A stretch of DNA of 64,000 nt, taken from assembly GCA_964016885.1 (NCBI GenBank), contig OZ024746.1, forward strand, positions 37,696,001 through 37,760,000, given 5' to 3'. How positions within the stretch are numbered: the stretch's first letter is position 1; the number at the start of each line of letters is the position of its first letter. The notes under the pieces were generated by a model. It worked only from the letters and a program-made list of their open reading frames with translations. It had not been told where the DNA came from and did no database searches. Positions 11,541 to 25,899 of the stretch are shown piece after piece. The position numbers and the translations under genes were made by a program. The DNA is from Eledone cirrhosa (taxonomy: Eukaryota).

Positions 11541-12756
11541 ACACACACATATATATATATATATTGAATAAAGAATGTATACGTATATATGAAATCCTTA
11601 GTTAAAGTTATTTTGATTTAATTTTGATGAGAAAGTAAAAAAAATAAAAGTAGATATTTCAAAATAAAGGTTCGTAAAGGTATGCTTCTCCATGATTTTT
11701 TTCTTTTATCTTTAATTACACTTTCAGGAAATTTGCAACATTTTGCAATTCAGTAAAAACATTATCGATGTGCAATTCTGTTTCCAATTATTCAAACTCT
11801 TTTATTTCATAGGCCTCACAAAAGATACAAACGTTATATATTTGCTTTCAATTTTATGGTGATGTAATACATTTAAGGAATGACAATACTTTATCTATGG
11901 TCAGGAATCTTCGGAAATAATCGGAAGAATACTGGTTCTACCGAAAGGTTCTTGGAGTAAGATTACTTGATAGATTGCAGAGCTCAGAGCGCAGAGTGTG
12001 ACTCCATGCAGAGGCGCTATGTTTCCAAACTAAGAGATCACATCTCCGATAATATGGGATTGGGGTTAGAATGTCTCAGGAAAGAATGACTGGAGAGATG
12101 TTACGGGCAAAACCAATAGGCAGGAGAAATTATTTCAATTTTAAACTATTGTCTTCTTTTCCTTCATCTTCGCACGGTTTTTCTGAGAGTGTCATGGGGG
12201 GTGGGGGGGGGGGGGCTCAAACACTCCTTCCAGCTGGTCCTGGTAGATTCAATCGGCTCCAGATCATCCGGCTCGATCCCCAAGTGAGACCAGCCAAGCT
12301 CATCGATGTTATCCAACCCTCTTGCTCGGGGTCTACTGTCGGTTAGTTTTGCCCTTAAAATCTATCCAGCTATTTGTCACTGATACATTCTACCCAAAAG
12401 CCTGTAATATCTAAGTTGCGATTTCTCAAATCGGCGAAGTAGCGGATCAAACTGGGGCGACTCCTTGATAGTAACAGCAATGCAAAGACCAATAGAGACA
12501 TAGTTTTCTTGCTTCGCTCATAACATCAGGCCCTTTGAATGTATTTATTTACATACTGTATTTAATTGATAATTGGAAAAATTACAAAAAAATTGTTAAC
12601 ATTTGGGAATTGAAGCCATCTACGTGAAGTGAGAGTATATAAACTTGCCATTTGCCTAATCCTATATAATTATGATAGAATGCTTAGATTACTTTGTTCT
12701 GTCGCACAAATTATATGTATTTTTACATCCCATTGATTGTTTTTCCCCTCTATTGA

Positions 12757-12849
<93 letters not shown>

Positions 12850-12996
12850 GTATATATGTATATATGCATGGATATATATATATATATGTTTGTATGTATT
12901 ATGTATGTGTGTGTGTGTAGGGAGAGAGCGTTAACCTAATATATCCCTTACATATACTGTACCGATTGTGTTGTTATTTCTGTTTACCTTTTACAT

Positions 12997-13057
<61 letters not shown>

Positions 13058-13145
13058 AAGGTGTGTGTGTTATGACATGCCCACTGTAAGCCAAAGTTCA
13101 TGGTTTATATTTCGTGTATGTCACTATCTTATACATCAAGCATTA

Positions 13146-13205
13146 TATTTCATCTGATGAAAGCATACCATAATTTGGTATCTCCGAAATAAGTATAATA
13201 AAAAT
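13146..13205 (+). ncRNA. Degenerate minimal hammerhead (PLE pLTR remnant)
   Basis: tatttcat-CTGATGA-aagcatacca..tggtatctcc-GAAA-taagta-TA-ataaaata. Confidence 0.55.
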
Positions 13206-13301
13206 ACGTATAATAAAAAATACATATGATGCTATAATGATATTTTCCATTTATTACTATTAGTAATATATAAATATATATATATATTTATTATATATAT
13301 A

Positions 13302-13788
13302 TCACTTTTGAGCTGACTTTTGAGCTGACTTTTGGGAGGCTTCCATAGAGCTCTGAGTTTTTCATCCTCAGTATATACTGATTAATGCTCAGAGCCACAT
13401 ACTCAGCATATTCGTGTAGCACCCATCCACCATCTGAGTGAGTTTCTTGGTCAGTGTCCAAGTCTCAGACCTGTAGAGCAGCACAGACTCCATTACAGCA
13501 ATGAAGAGGCGGATTTTCAGGTCTTTACGAAGGTCCGACTTTCACACAAATCTCACTGAGGTTAGCTGGACATGCTCACCGACATCCAGATTTGATATTG
13601 CACTCAGTGCTCCTGTGGGAGCCCCTACATGGACACGCTGTAAGAGGAAGACCAAGGTTAACGTATGTTGATGCACTAAGGACAGACACTGGTCTGTTGG
13701 AGACGCAGGACAAGGCAGCAATAATGGGGGACAGAGGCCGCTGGAGAGAACTCGTCCATGGATCTCGGGAATTTTACCCGCCCTAGTC
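13302..13788 (+). mobile_element. 5'-inverted, truncated RTE LINE copy
   Basis: 13563-13786 is the sense 3' end (HRHPDLILHSVLLWEP..GRPRLTYVD); 13302-13555 is antisense; both match the element at 58648-59130. Confidence 0.85.
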
Positions 13789-13861
13789 TATATATATATA
13801 TGTTTTATGTGTTACGTAAAGGAAAAGCAAAGGAAAAAATAGTGTTCTCTGCTCTCACACT

Positions 13862-13912
<51 letters not shown>

Positions 13913-13925
13913 TCTCTCTCTCTCG

Positions 13926-14020
<95 letters not shown>

Positions 14021-14999
14021 TATATATAAGAATAACATCAAGAAAGACGCTGTGTTTATATAAATCGTTTATTCATTATAATTATGATTAACGTTTTTCT
14101 TATATTGAATCTCCATCGTAACTACACACTAAGAATGTAGAGAGCTTTCTCCTACATACTCCTGTTTTTACCGACTGATATAATCATTTGGAAAACGTCC
14201 ACATTTCATATCAACATATATTTAAAAGAGAAAAGATAGTCACTAAAATGTGTGTTTTATTATAAGAAAATAAGAAACTGGGAAAACGTGAAATGCAATC
14301 GAATTATCTCAGCAACTGTAAAGACTGGCATAGCGAATAATATCTTGAATGACCTCGAACGAAGACTCATATGTATTATATTGTAGCAAAACAGTAAAGT
14401 GCATAATATATTAACGAGAAATTAAATTTATTGATAAGTGATATATCCCGCTGGACGGGTTGATATTAAAAGCTTTTAAAATACACATGGACTCTCTTAA
14501 TTACATTAGATTCAGGTAAGTTGAAGCATTTCTCACTTTTAACTTTGAAAATAAAGTGGATAGTCGACCGTTGCCTCCCCGTATCTCCACTGGTTTTATC
14601 GTGCTTAGAGGGTTTTAAATTAAATGTAACATCGGTGGAAGTTGTTTCGGTAAGAAGTAAAGATTTAGCCCCAAGTATAATAATTTGAATGAAATGAGAG
14701 TGGAGTATTTCTACCCCAGTATCGATTGGTACCTTATTCAATCGGCCCGAGGGAGATGACATTTAAAGTTGATATCGGCAACATTTGATTCTTTAAGAAA
14801 TAATATTACTACAACTTTATTTACATAACTAAATCTCGTTAGAGACAATGGCATAAAAGATAGATTCCATAATAGTATAACCGTTGTTAGAAAAATGGAA
14901 GTGGTTGTTACGAAGGTATGTTATGCAAATGTATATATACGATATATTGCAAATAAAATCATTACCATATGTACAGGAAAAATATAGCCTTAACCCCCT

Positions 15000-15455
15000 A
15001 CACTAAGTGGTTGCGACAGTGAATCCTGTATCCTGGTGCATCTCAAGTGAAAGGTGCATATAATAGTCTACTGAGATACTGCAAAGTCAGGGAACCAATG
15101 TATCGCCCTGCAACAGATTCTCAAAAACTTCGTTTATCCCGACAAATGCGATGACATGGGCTCTTGTTTTGATGTAGAGCCGTGATATCAAGTCAACTAT
15201 CTTATTGGGGTTTCCATAAACCTGCAATAACTTAATCAGGCAGGTCCAATAAAATGCCTTCCTGATGTCATTGAAAACCATGACAGTAGGAAGGATCCTT
15301 GGTTTATGTCCAACTATAATTCTCCTCAGCATCTTGATGTAACCGGTACATAATCTTCCCTCCCTGAAGCCTTTTTAGTTGTCGGTGAGCGTCTTCAAAA
15401 TTTAGGGCTGGATTATGTGCAGAATATTCCTGTTGAGGGTCTTTGCCACTAGAAC
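15000..15455 (-). pseudogene. Old RTE RT fragment
   Basis: MLRRII..VFNDIRKAF..LLQVYGNP.KIVDLI..LLQGDTL resembles the 59116-59793 protein. Confidence 0.75.
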
Positions 15456-15519
15456 GTCCTTGACCTGTTTGTATTTTCGTTGATGTGGTGGCTTTTGTGG
15501 CAATTTTAGCCGGTCACAA

Positions 15520-18500
15520 TGTTCAATGTCTTATTTTAAAATTTATCGATTTATAGATATCATCTATTTGAGTGCTCTGTACCAGCTTCTGGGGATTGTT
15601 TTCGAAAAAAAAACAGTATACATATATACACATGTGCATATACATATGTAAATACAAGGAGGGTTATCAATCTTACAGAGATAGTGCTCTTCTCAATATG
15701 TGTGCAGTACCAGTCAAAACAATTTTTTGGCACCTTGTGCAGAGAGGGTAAATCAGGAATCATTCGCAAATATTGTTCTGTTGCTTTCTTGATCATTCCC
15801 AGTCCTCCCACAATCAGTGGTATTGTAACGGCCTTGAGGTGCCACATTTTCTCAATTTCAATAAGCAGATCTTTTTATTTTCGTAGCTTGTCAAATTATT
15901 TTGCCACGATATGGTGATCACATGGGATGCTCATATTATCAATAAACAGACCTTGTTATGTTGATATTTTACAATGATATCTAAACATCAGCCTGTTTGC
16001 TACGGGCCACATATTTGCAATGCTGAGGTTTCTGCTCCCAATTTGATGCTAATTCTCCTTGCTCTTTTGCTTTTGCCAATGATTTTATGTGCCAAGCAGT
16101 TGCAACAGCTTCTTTAGTCTGTCCAGTCTGGGTATCAAGCATGTGATCAGTAGCATATGTTTTGCTCTCTTTCAGGATAGAATGAAGCTTTTTACTTCTC
16201 TCATGCTTTTCAACAAGTTTCAGCAAAGAGTTTTTAGTTGTTTCAAGGTATTTGACAAGTCCAATGATTTTGGTCTTGTAAGCAAGTTCAAATTGGATCA
16301 GGGCACGACCTCCTTGAGTTCTAGGAAGGTAAAGACGATCGACATCTGCTTGTGGGTGGTGCATCCTATTACAGGTCAGTAGCTTACGGACTTTGGTGTC
16401 GATTCTTTTGATTTCACTCATATTCCAGTTCAACACACCGAAGCTATAAGTGACAACTGGAGCTGCCAAGGAATTTATGGCTAGCACCTTGTTAGGAGCG
16501 TTTAGTTCTGATCTCAGAACTGCACGTACTCTCCTGTAACGTTCTTTCCTTATCCTCTCTTTCATATTTTCATGCTGTATGCCAGAGCCCTCATTCATCC
16601 CTAAGTATTTATAGGTTTGTTCCTGCTCAAGTTCCTTTATGATTGTTTCAGCATCCAATTCAACTGAGTCTGAGTTGACAAGCTTGCCCTTCTTGAAAGT
16701 GGCTTTTGCACACTTGTCAAGTCCAAACTCAATCCTGAAGTCATCGCTAACCGTATTTTTCGGTCCACAAAAAGCCTTCCAGTTCGTCATTATCTTTGCA
16801 ATATAGCTGCAAATCATACATATAAAATAGGTGCCTTATTTTTTTGTTGTCAATTCTATAACCGTACCCTGTTCTATTAAGTTCTGATGTAAGGGGTATT
16901 AAAGCTATGCAGGAAAGCAAGGGTAAAAGTGAGTCACCCTGGAATATACCACAGTTGATGTTTATATTCCTAGAGCACAGTACCCCAGTGGAATGAGACG
17001 ATTGGGAAATGATTGTTCTCCTTCAAAAACACGTATGCTTTCTCCATGAGAATAGAGGTTAATACTTTATAAGTGGTGGACAAGCAGGTTATGGGCTGAT
17101 AGTTTTTTGCATCTTTGGTTTCGTCGTTCTTTGGTAGGTAATGCCACTTGCTATCCAATCAGGTGTATTTTTTGGATCTTTTATAATTCCATTAAACAGC
17201 TTGACCAATATTTTGTGTGTGCACGGGAGTGAGGAAAGTCAGAAATTTGGCACCCTGTCTCTACCAGAAGATTTCCATTTATAAGATTTATTGAGTGCTG
17301 TCCTTAAATCCGCTATAGAGATATCTTCCCACGCCTGTTCTTCAAAATTTGTGTCGGATATTTCCAGGCGACTAATCCTATCTACATTAGCATTATATGT
17401 CTTCTCATCACTCCAAATCTTACTCTAGAAGTTTTCAACTTCTTCAATGATTATTTTTTCTTCCCTACTCCTCTATAAAATGACTTGGCATTGGATGAGA
17501 ACAACTTATTTTGCCTGTAGAAGTTGTTTCACTTCTCGAATCTACGAATTCGTTGGGCTTTTACGTGGACTTTTTGTTTCAGAGATTCTTTTGTTGAAAA
17601 TATTGCTTCTCTAGAAGACAGTCCATGTTTTCTCTTTAACTTTCTTACCTTCTTGGATCTTATATCATTTCCAGCGGTTAACTCACCCAATAAAGATATT
17701 TCTCCTCTCATTACGTCAATCTCCTTTTCGATTCTATTCCTCCAAATTGGTTTACCTCGAAGGTTCGACTTTTTTTTTTTTTTTTTTGTGGTAAACAACT
17801 TGTTTCAATTACTCTAGCAGATGCATAAATGATTTCATTTAACTCTGTAAGATCAGGTTCTAGTTCTTCTATGATTTATTTTGTCACAGAATTACCAATC
17901 ATTATTTATTTTCTAGGGCGGTAGATTGGCAGTATCGGTAGCGAGTCGGACACCATGCTTTCCAGCATAGTTACGTCCCTTTACGATCTGAGTTCAAATC
18001 CCGCCGAGGTTGACTTAGCCTTTCATCCTTACGAGGTCGATAAAATAAAGTACCAGTAATGCACTGGGTAATTGCTGGCCGTGTGCCTAAAGTAGAAACA
18101 ATTATTTATTTTCTATTTTGGATTGTATTTGGGAGTTTTTGAAGTGGTTCTCTATTATTTATACTAGAATGTCTTACTACTGCAAGGTCATTCGGTATTT
18201 TTTGCTTTAATTCCTTCATATTCTCCTTGTGTTCTTCAGCAGATGTTTGGTTTTCAATTACTGTTTCTAAGTCCCTCTCCTGACTATTTTCAGCGGGTTC
18301 AATAGGGCTTCTCATTTCTACAAAGTGATTTGGTCAGATGGATGTCTTTCAGTAAAGTATTGTGACTGGTTACTATCACCAGGAGATTCTTCATTTCGTT
18401 CATCATTTATATTTATATCATTCTCCACAGCCTGCTTAATCGCAGTTAGTTCAGTGTCTGTGAGTCTATTATTTCTGAAGATATACCTCCTTACATTTGC

Positions 18501-19850
18501 CAACTTATTTCCATCCATTTCGCATCTGCTAGCTTGATTCCGAGTTTTCCAGATATTGTAGGAGTTTATAGTGTGTCTGTCTGGTGCTGGCTTACCTAAT
18601 GCATAGTAATATGCATATATTACTTCTTTATACTCCTCTCAGATCCATTTCATCGTTTTAGGTTTTTCTTTTTGAGGTGGTTTGGGTGGTGGATCTTGAG
18701 GGCTCGAGTTGGGGCAATCCTGATCAAGTGACCATCCAATTCCATAATTGGAGAAGAGTGTGTGCCAGTGGAGGGTTTTTCGATCTCAGGTTGGCACCTT
18801 CCTGAGGGACGCGCTTCCTGATTAACCATAGGAAAAGCGATTTGGTATTGTGTATTGATTTTTATTTGTTCATCCCGCAGTACATACATGCTTGCATTAC
18901 GCATGGTATTGGACGTACATGGAAAGTTGTCCGGCAACTTTGGGTAGTGCATTTACTGGCTGGCACTGAGATCATTATTACTATTATAACAGTATAGTTA
19001 TGGTCATTGATTGAGATGATATTGTTATGGTTGCATCTGTAAGAGGTGTATGAGAATGTTCTCAACTGCTCTTGTGGTGTGAGTGGTGTTGCTGGTGGTG
19101 GCAGGGAGATTAATGATGGGTGTGGGGGTGTTGGGAGTGGTAGTGGGTAGGGTGATATTGTAGCTTATGGGAGTTGCTTCTCCGATGTTATTTTCTGTCT
19201 ATTTGAGTTTGAGGTGTAAATGGGGTGCTAGTATTATTTTTCTTCTTCCTCTTTGTATTGTCCTTTATGTGGGCACCATACACATACATAGATATACATT
19301 CACACGTGCATACTTATACACACGTATGTATATACACACATATATATATATATACCCACACATAAGACACTGAGAAGGGAGATAGGTAGCAGTCAGTGAC
19401 AGTAGTCTAAAAATAGATTGGGGTTTACTGGTGTGAATGTGATGAGGAAGTGGTTGTGAATGAGGTGGTGGAAGAGAGAAGTGATGTGTCCATTTTCCTT
19501 TCAAAATTTGAAAGTTAGACACAATCGACCAAAATTTAAAAAAAGAAAATTTTATTGGGGAAATATTTAAGAATATATATTCACCTTTCCCATCTTCAGC
19601 CACAGAGATGATTGCATAATAATTAGTCGGATTTTTTATTAAACAGATCTTATCCCCCGAAATAAACAGTGCGTTTTCCGATCTATGTCTGTTTCTTTTC
19701 TTCAAATAATAATATGTAAACTGCGATTGTAATGGGTAAATATATAAAAATATTTATGCATTTCTCACAACTAATGTCAGATTATTTGTAGAGATAAGTG
19801 GTGAAATAATTTGTCGAATTTTCGTGTTAGGGAATACCAAATTAAACAAT
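15520..19850 (-). mobile_element. Decayed R4/Dong-like LINE (family C), with internal deletions and a SINE insertion
   Basis: Fragmented ORFs: NYQPITCL, FGLDKCAK, YKYLG, DVDRLYLPR, C-terminal IPLIVGGLG; 5' boundary approximate. Confidence 0.85.
17916..18100 (+). mobile_element. Nin-domain tRNA-SINE with 15-bp target site duplication
   Basis: TSD attatttattttcta at 17901-17915 and 18101-18115. Confidence 0.9.
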
Positions 19851-19881
19851 TATTATTATTATTATTATTATTATTATTGTT

Positions 19882-20818
19882 ATTTTTATTCTCTTTCATT
19901 ATTGTTTCTCAGATATATGCCGAGTGTCTTCTGACACCTAGGGCAAATAAATTCACAGTGTGCATTGGTAAGCCCGTTAATACAGCACATTGAATATAAT
20001 TTAAAAAAAACAAAAAAAACATTATACGTATATACACATGTCCATATGCATATGTAAATACAAGGAGGGTTATCAATCTTATAGAGATAGTGCTCTTCTC
20101 AATACGTGTGCAGTACCAGTCAAAACAATTGTTTGCACCTCGTGCAGAGAGGGTAAGCGAGGAATCATTCGCAAATATTGTTCTGTTCCTTTCTTGATCA
20201 TTCCCAGTCCTCCCACAATCACTGGTATTGTAACGGCCTTAAGGTGCCACATTGTCTCAATTTCAATAAGCAGACTTTATATTTTCGTAGCTTGTCAAAT
20301 CTTTTGCCGCGATATTGTGATCACATGGGATGCTCAAATCTATCAATAAACAGACCTTGTTATGTTGATCTTTTATAATGATGTTAGGTTTATTTGCTTT
20401 TATGGTCCTGTCAGTATGTACAGGAAAGTCCCAGAGAATTGTTACTTTTTCTCCTTCAGTTACAGCCTCAGGGTGATGGTTGTACCCCTTGTCTTCAGCT
20501 TTGATTTTGTAATGCCGACATATTACCCAGTGTAGATATTGGACAACTCTGTCATGACTATATTTGTATTCTACTGGTGCTAAAACTTTACTTCCAGAGA
20601 CTAAGTGATCAACTGTTTCAACCCCAGCATTGCAGAATCGGCATGGGTATATTACGTTTCTCATCACATTGGCCTGGTAATTACGAGTCAATAAATTTTG
20701 GTCTAGGGCAGCTAAGACGAAGCCTCCACTCTCCGTCCTGAACTACGTAGCCACTGATGGGTGTGCTTTTGATCAAAATCGGCTTGTTTGCTACGGGCCA
20801 CATATTTGCCATGAAGAG
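19882..20818 (-). mobile_element. 5'-truncated Dong-like family C fragment (CCHC + RLE + 3' UTR)
   Basis: CRFCNAGVETVDHLVSG, HD, ILWDFPVHTDRTIKANKPNI; matches 15620-16030; (TTA)n on both sides. Confidence 0.85.
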
Positions 20819-20839
20819 GTTATTATTATTATTATTATT

Positions 20840-23800
20840 GTTCTTTGAGTGTCAGTCATTGATGTTAGTTAACTGGAAAGTTTGTTGAAATGAATATCAA
20901 GCCACTACCTACAGCCTCAGATATTCAGGACGTTTCGGAGGGTTCTTGCTGTTGCCAGCAAGCATGCCTTTTGAAGCGTTCCAAAAAGCGTGGCGGGGCC
21001 AATTTTCTTTAACCATCCCTGGAAACTTTTTGAGATAGTACCTAGAGCGCCTATGACAATCGGGACCACTTTGACTTCATGGCAGTTCCAAATCCTTTTT
21101 ACCTCCCACTCTAAGTCCTGGTATCGATTAATTTTCTCCCTCTCCTTCTCTTGCACTCTCGTGTCGAATGGGCAGGCCACATCCACAATCAGGCACGATC
21201 TATTTTCTTTGTCCAAAACCACCAGGTCAGGTCTATTGTGTTCCAGTTTCTTGTCCGTCTGTATCCTAAAATCCCACAGCACCTTCACCTGATCGTTTTC
21301 CAACACCGACTCTGGCTTATGCTCATACCACTTCTCAGAATGTGGTAAATTGTTTACTTTGCATAGGTGCCAGTGGATCACCCTGCCCATCACATCATGT
21401 CTCCAGCCCTTATAGTGAGTCTGGGCTATGTGTTCACACTCGGATACAATGTTAGCCACAGTCTCCTCTCTCTCTCCACAGATCCTGCACAGAGGGCTAG
21501 CCTCCTCCTTGTAAATATGGTGTTTCAACCACTTCGTTTTGAGAGCCTGCTCTTGCGCAGCCATTAACATTACTTCTGTAGCCTTTTTAAGGTCTCCTCT
21601 TTTCAACCAGTTCCATGTCTGTGGATCTCTGAATTCAGTTTTCTCAAGAAGGTACTATGAAGGGATTTTTCCTAAAGGCTGCTCTTTCTCCTTGATGTTA
21701 TTTCCTCCTTGGACATCCCCTGGTCTATCGTCATCTCCTTCAGTACAGTTCTGAGCATTGGCTCCTTACTATCAGTCACGTATTTGTGTAGGTTGTTTTT
21801 CTCCATCTGAACACAGTCCTCTATGCTGATAAGACCTCTTCCACCTTCAGATCTCCTTAAGTAGAGTCTATCGACATCACTCCTCTTGTGGAACATGTTG
21901 TAGATAGTCAATAGCTTCCTAGTCTTCCTATCCATTTCTTTTTGTTCAGCAACATTCCATCTCAGTATTCCCGCACTGTACCTAATAATAGACACAGCTC
22001 GGGAATTTACTGCACTTATGTCATTCCTACTGTTCAGATGTGACGTTAATACGCTTCTTACTCTCCGAATGTATACAGATCTTATCAATTTCTTCATTTT
22101 TTTGTTCTTGATGTCATCAGCCTCAAGAACACCCAAATACTTGTATCCTTCTTCAATGTCAATTTCCTTTATCATCTCACCTGTTGGTACCTGGATTCCG
22201 TTGCCCTGCTCAATCTACCCCTCTTCATCACAAGGACTCCACACTTACTAATACCAAATTGCATACATATATCATTGCTGAAAATACGGACAGTGTCAAC
22301 AAGCACATCCAACGTCCATGAAGAGGAGGTGATTGATGGTAAGCTCTCCCTTTCCCAATTTGTATCCTGCTCTCACTTTTCGCAGTATAATGGTCAGGGG
22401 CATCATGGCAAGGACAAACAACAGAGGGGACAGACTATCTCCCTGGAAGATACCTCTCTTCATCTTCACGCCTCCCAAGGATTCTCCAGCTGATGTTAAC
22501 TCCCAAGACTCCATACTTTTGCCCAACAACTGTCTGATGTTATCTGCCACCTTCAAGATCTCTAGGCTTTTGGTGATCCAAGAATGAGGCACCATGTCAA
22601 ATGCCTTTTTGTAGTCTATCCATCCCATGGCAAGACCAGTGTATCTCCTCTTGCAATTCCTCATTACCATCTTATCAATAAGTAACTGGTCCTTTGTACC
22701 ACGGGACTTCTTTCGGCATCCTTTCCTGTTCGTCCGGTAACAAGTTGTTTGTGTGGAGGTGATGGTAGATTTCCTCAGACATAATGCTTGTCAACAGTTT
22801 CCACATTACGGACAGACATGTGATAGGTCTATAGTTGGTAACCTCATTACCCTTGATTCGGTCTTTCATTACCAGAACTGTGGTACCTTTTGTCAACCAC
22901 TCTGGTACCTCATATAACATCAAGCAGTCATTGAACATGGTTGTCAGTTTCGGGTGGAGGGATGTTATATGTTTAATCCAATACCCCTGCACACTATCTG
23001 GGCCTGGTGATTTCCAGTTGGTTAGTTTTCTGGCCTGTCCCTTAAGAGTTTCAACTGTGATACTCAAGTCAGTTTGTTGGTGTGCCTGTTCACTAATCTC
23101 CTTCTGTACTGTCTCAATCCACACTGCCTGGTCATTTTGTTTAACATCCTGCTCCCATATTCCTATCCAGAATGTTCTAGTTTGTTCCGCCTCAGGGATC
23201 AAGTCGTTGCCTCTTTCTTTCCCTTCAAAATGTCCAAACAGCATCTTCTGGTTGTTGTCAAATATGGGGTTCTGTCTATACTGACTGACTCTGCTCTCGT
23301 ATCGCTTAATTTTTGCACTCTTTGCTACAATGCGTTGCTTCAGTTCCTCTACGATAATATTTAGCTTTTTCCTCCTTGTTTTGTACTTTATTTCCAGTCT
23401 ATTTTTAGTGTCTATGTTTTTTAGTGTCCAATTCAGTAGGGACTCAAGCTTTCCAATGTCATTTCTCATTTCTCTGATTTGACCACTCTGTCGTTTGTTC
23501 CACCAAGGCTCTGATCTTTCTTGTTTGTTGTTTCCTCTCGCTTTTATACCAAGTAATTTCCTCACCGCATTTGCTGTTGCTTTGAGGATATTATTGCACT
23601 GGTGAAGGTTCCTCGCCTCAAGGCATGGGATGACTTTGTTTACCTTAGATGTTGTTTCTTTTAACTTTTTCCTGTCTACAAATCTTAGGTTCATAGGTTT
23701 CCCACTAACACTGTTCAATAAATCTACCACTAAGTTTAGGATATCAACCAAATCTTGTCCTAGCCCGTCAGCATTCATCTCCTCAACGGCCGTATCTTTG

Positions 23801-25878
23801 TTGCAGGTATTATTTATTTCAGCATTCAGATCATTGTCTGCTTCGGATGGTTCCTCCGTTCTCTCAACCTCTTCATCTTCATTTCCCACTGGCTCGTTTG
23901 CCTGGCATACTCCACCCTCCATTTCCAAGCTAATCTCTCTGCTCAGTTCCTCCAGTTCCAACTCGCTTATCCACCCATTAGTTCTTATTACCCGAGCCTG
24001 CCCGGCCAATTTTTGTTCATCTAATTTAAATAGACCAATCTCGTTCCAGATGTTATGCATCCGTTTCCTATAGCCTTTCTCCTTGGGGTTACTCTTCAGG
24101 TAACATTGCATAACAGTTCTATTCAATTCTTTCGTCCAGTTGGTTCTGGTCCCTTTCCTTCTTCTTCCTCCGACACCAGCAGTATTTGGTTGACAGCCGG
24201 GTCCCTACTGCTGAGCCAGGGAGCACCTGCTGGGTGAGAGTCTGTCACATGACATTCTAGTCTCCACTTCCCCGTTATTCGAACTGTTTAGGTTCGACAT
24301 TTAAACACTCTTATCGAGGATTGGTGAATGTATGGTTATATAACCACCAGTGATTTCATCACTCCCGGTGATTTCTGTGTGGCACTATCACGCTGTAGTC
24401 GAACATAAATAAACAAACAAACAAACAGGCAAAAAAGAAACTCCCCAAAAATAAGCATAAGTTTCATTGTAATGTAATGTTTGAATGTCTGACTTAGTCT
24501 TTCCCTTCCCTCCTCTGTCCGTCTGTTTGTTTTTTCTCTTCATTTTGCTTTTCTTTAAATTTTTCGTTGTTGCTGTGCTGCTTTGATTTAGATTTTTGTT
24601 TTTTTGATTTTTGACCGTGTCATCAAATCAGTCTATTTATATATTTTGATGCCTTCCTCTTTTAGTGGGATGCATGTATTAGCAGTGGGTAGTTGGAGAG
24701 AATAGCGGCGGTAGTGATAATGAGGCAGTGGTGGTGGTGATGTGATCGTAGTACTGTAGTGATGGTGTTGAAGCTGAAGTAGAAATAGAAGTTGAGGCAA
24801 CTTGACCAGAGTTTTTAGCGTGGTAGTGGTGGTGGTGTTGGTGGTGAAATTAACTTCTCTGTCCACTTAGCCATTAAGCTATTTAGTTATTTTGCCATTT
24901 TCCTCCCTTTCGACTCCAACATTCCTGATCCAAAATTAAATATTAATATTGTTTATTAATATTGTCAATACTGTCTAGTGATTCCGCCACCTTCCCCTTT
25001 CGTAAGTTAACAGAAGGTAATGGGCAATAGTGGTGGTAGCAATGAAGGACTGATGGCGGCGGTGATGGGATAGTGGTAGCAATGATGGATGGAGTGGTGG
25101 CGGCGCTGACTATAGTGATGGCGTTGTCGTTACTGAGTCTTGTTGAATAGACTGTAGTTTGTTTGATCGGTGAATCTATCCGGTTAGTCGCGTATGTTTA
25201 ATATATGTGTTGACATATTTTCTTAATATTGGATTTAAACATTTTGTGAAACCTTGAGACAATAATAATTGTTCTACTTTAGGCACAAGGCCAGCAATTA
25301 CCTAGTGCATTACTGGTACTTTATTTTATCGACCCCGTAAGGATGAAAGGCAAAATTATCCTCGGCGAGATTTGAACTCAGATCGTAAAGGGACGTAACT
25401 ATGCTGGAAAGCATGGCGTCCGACCCTCTACCGATACTGACATCCACCGCCCACTTGAGATAATAATAATAGTAATTATTATTATTATGCTGGGATTGGT
25501 GGTGGTCGTGGTGAAATTGCCGTTATCTGACCGTTGTATTTAGTGTACACAGAGGGGTGATGGGATAGGTGGTGTATCTAGTTTGTGGTGTTGGTGGAAT
25601 TGCTGTTACGTGGCTGTTCTATATAGTGTAGACAGAGGGGGGTTTTCTTCCATTTATAACCATTTTCTTTTTTGAATATAAAATGTATAATACAAAATTA
25701 AATATTTTAACGATATAACAGAATATTATGGATCCGAATTTTCTGATAGTGGAGTCTGGTGTTTTATGTACCATTTGTACTAAGAATGGTTATTTCACAA
25801 TTGATTTAAATATGTTAAAAATCAAAAAATTTACGGGAGCGATTTCATTACCTTCTACCCACCACGTGCGTCTTCTTC
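20840..25878 (-). mobile_element. Dong-like family A copy 2, full length but frameshifted
   Basis: ORF pieces 20917-21606, 21672-22175, 22296-22670 and 22675-24126 closely match 249-3641; start ATG mutated to GTG; (TTA)n at both ends. Confidence 0.92.
25268..25453 (-). mobile_element. Nin-domain SINE inserted in the Dong 5' region
   Basis: Same consensus as 10244; TSD-like cttgaga(c/t)aataataat. Confidence 0.85.
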
Positions 25879-25899
25879 ATTATTATTATTATTATTATT

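Noticed and set aside
14466-14762. Possible host exon (98-aa ORF; caggtaag donor-like site at ~14515)
   Set aside because: No recognisable domain; the ORF start overlaps a decayed SINE; no consistent splice pair
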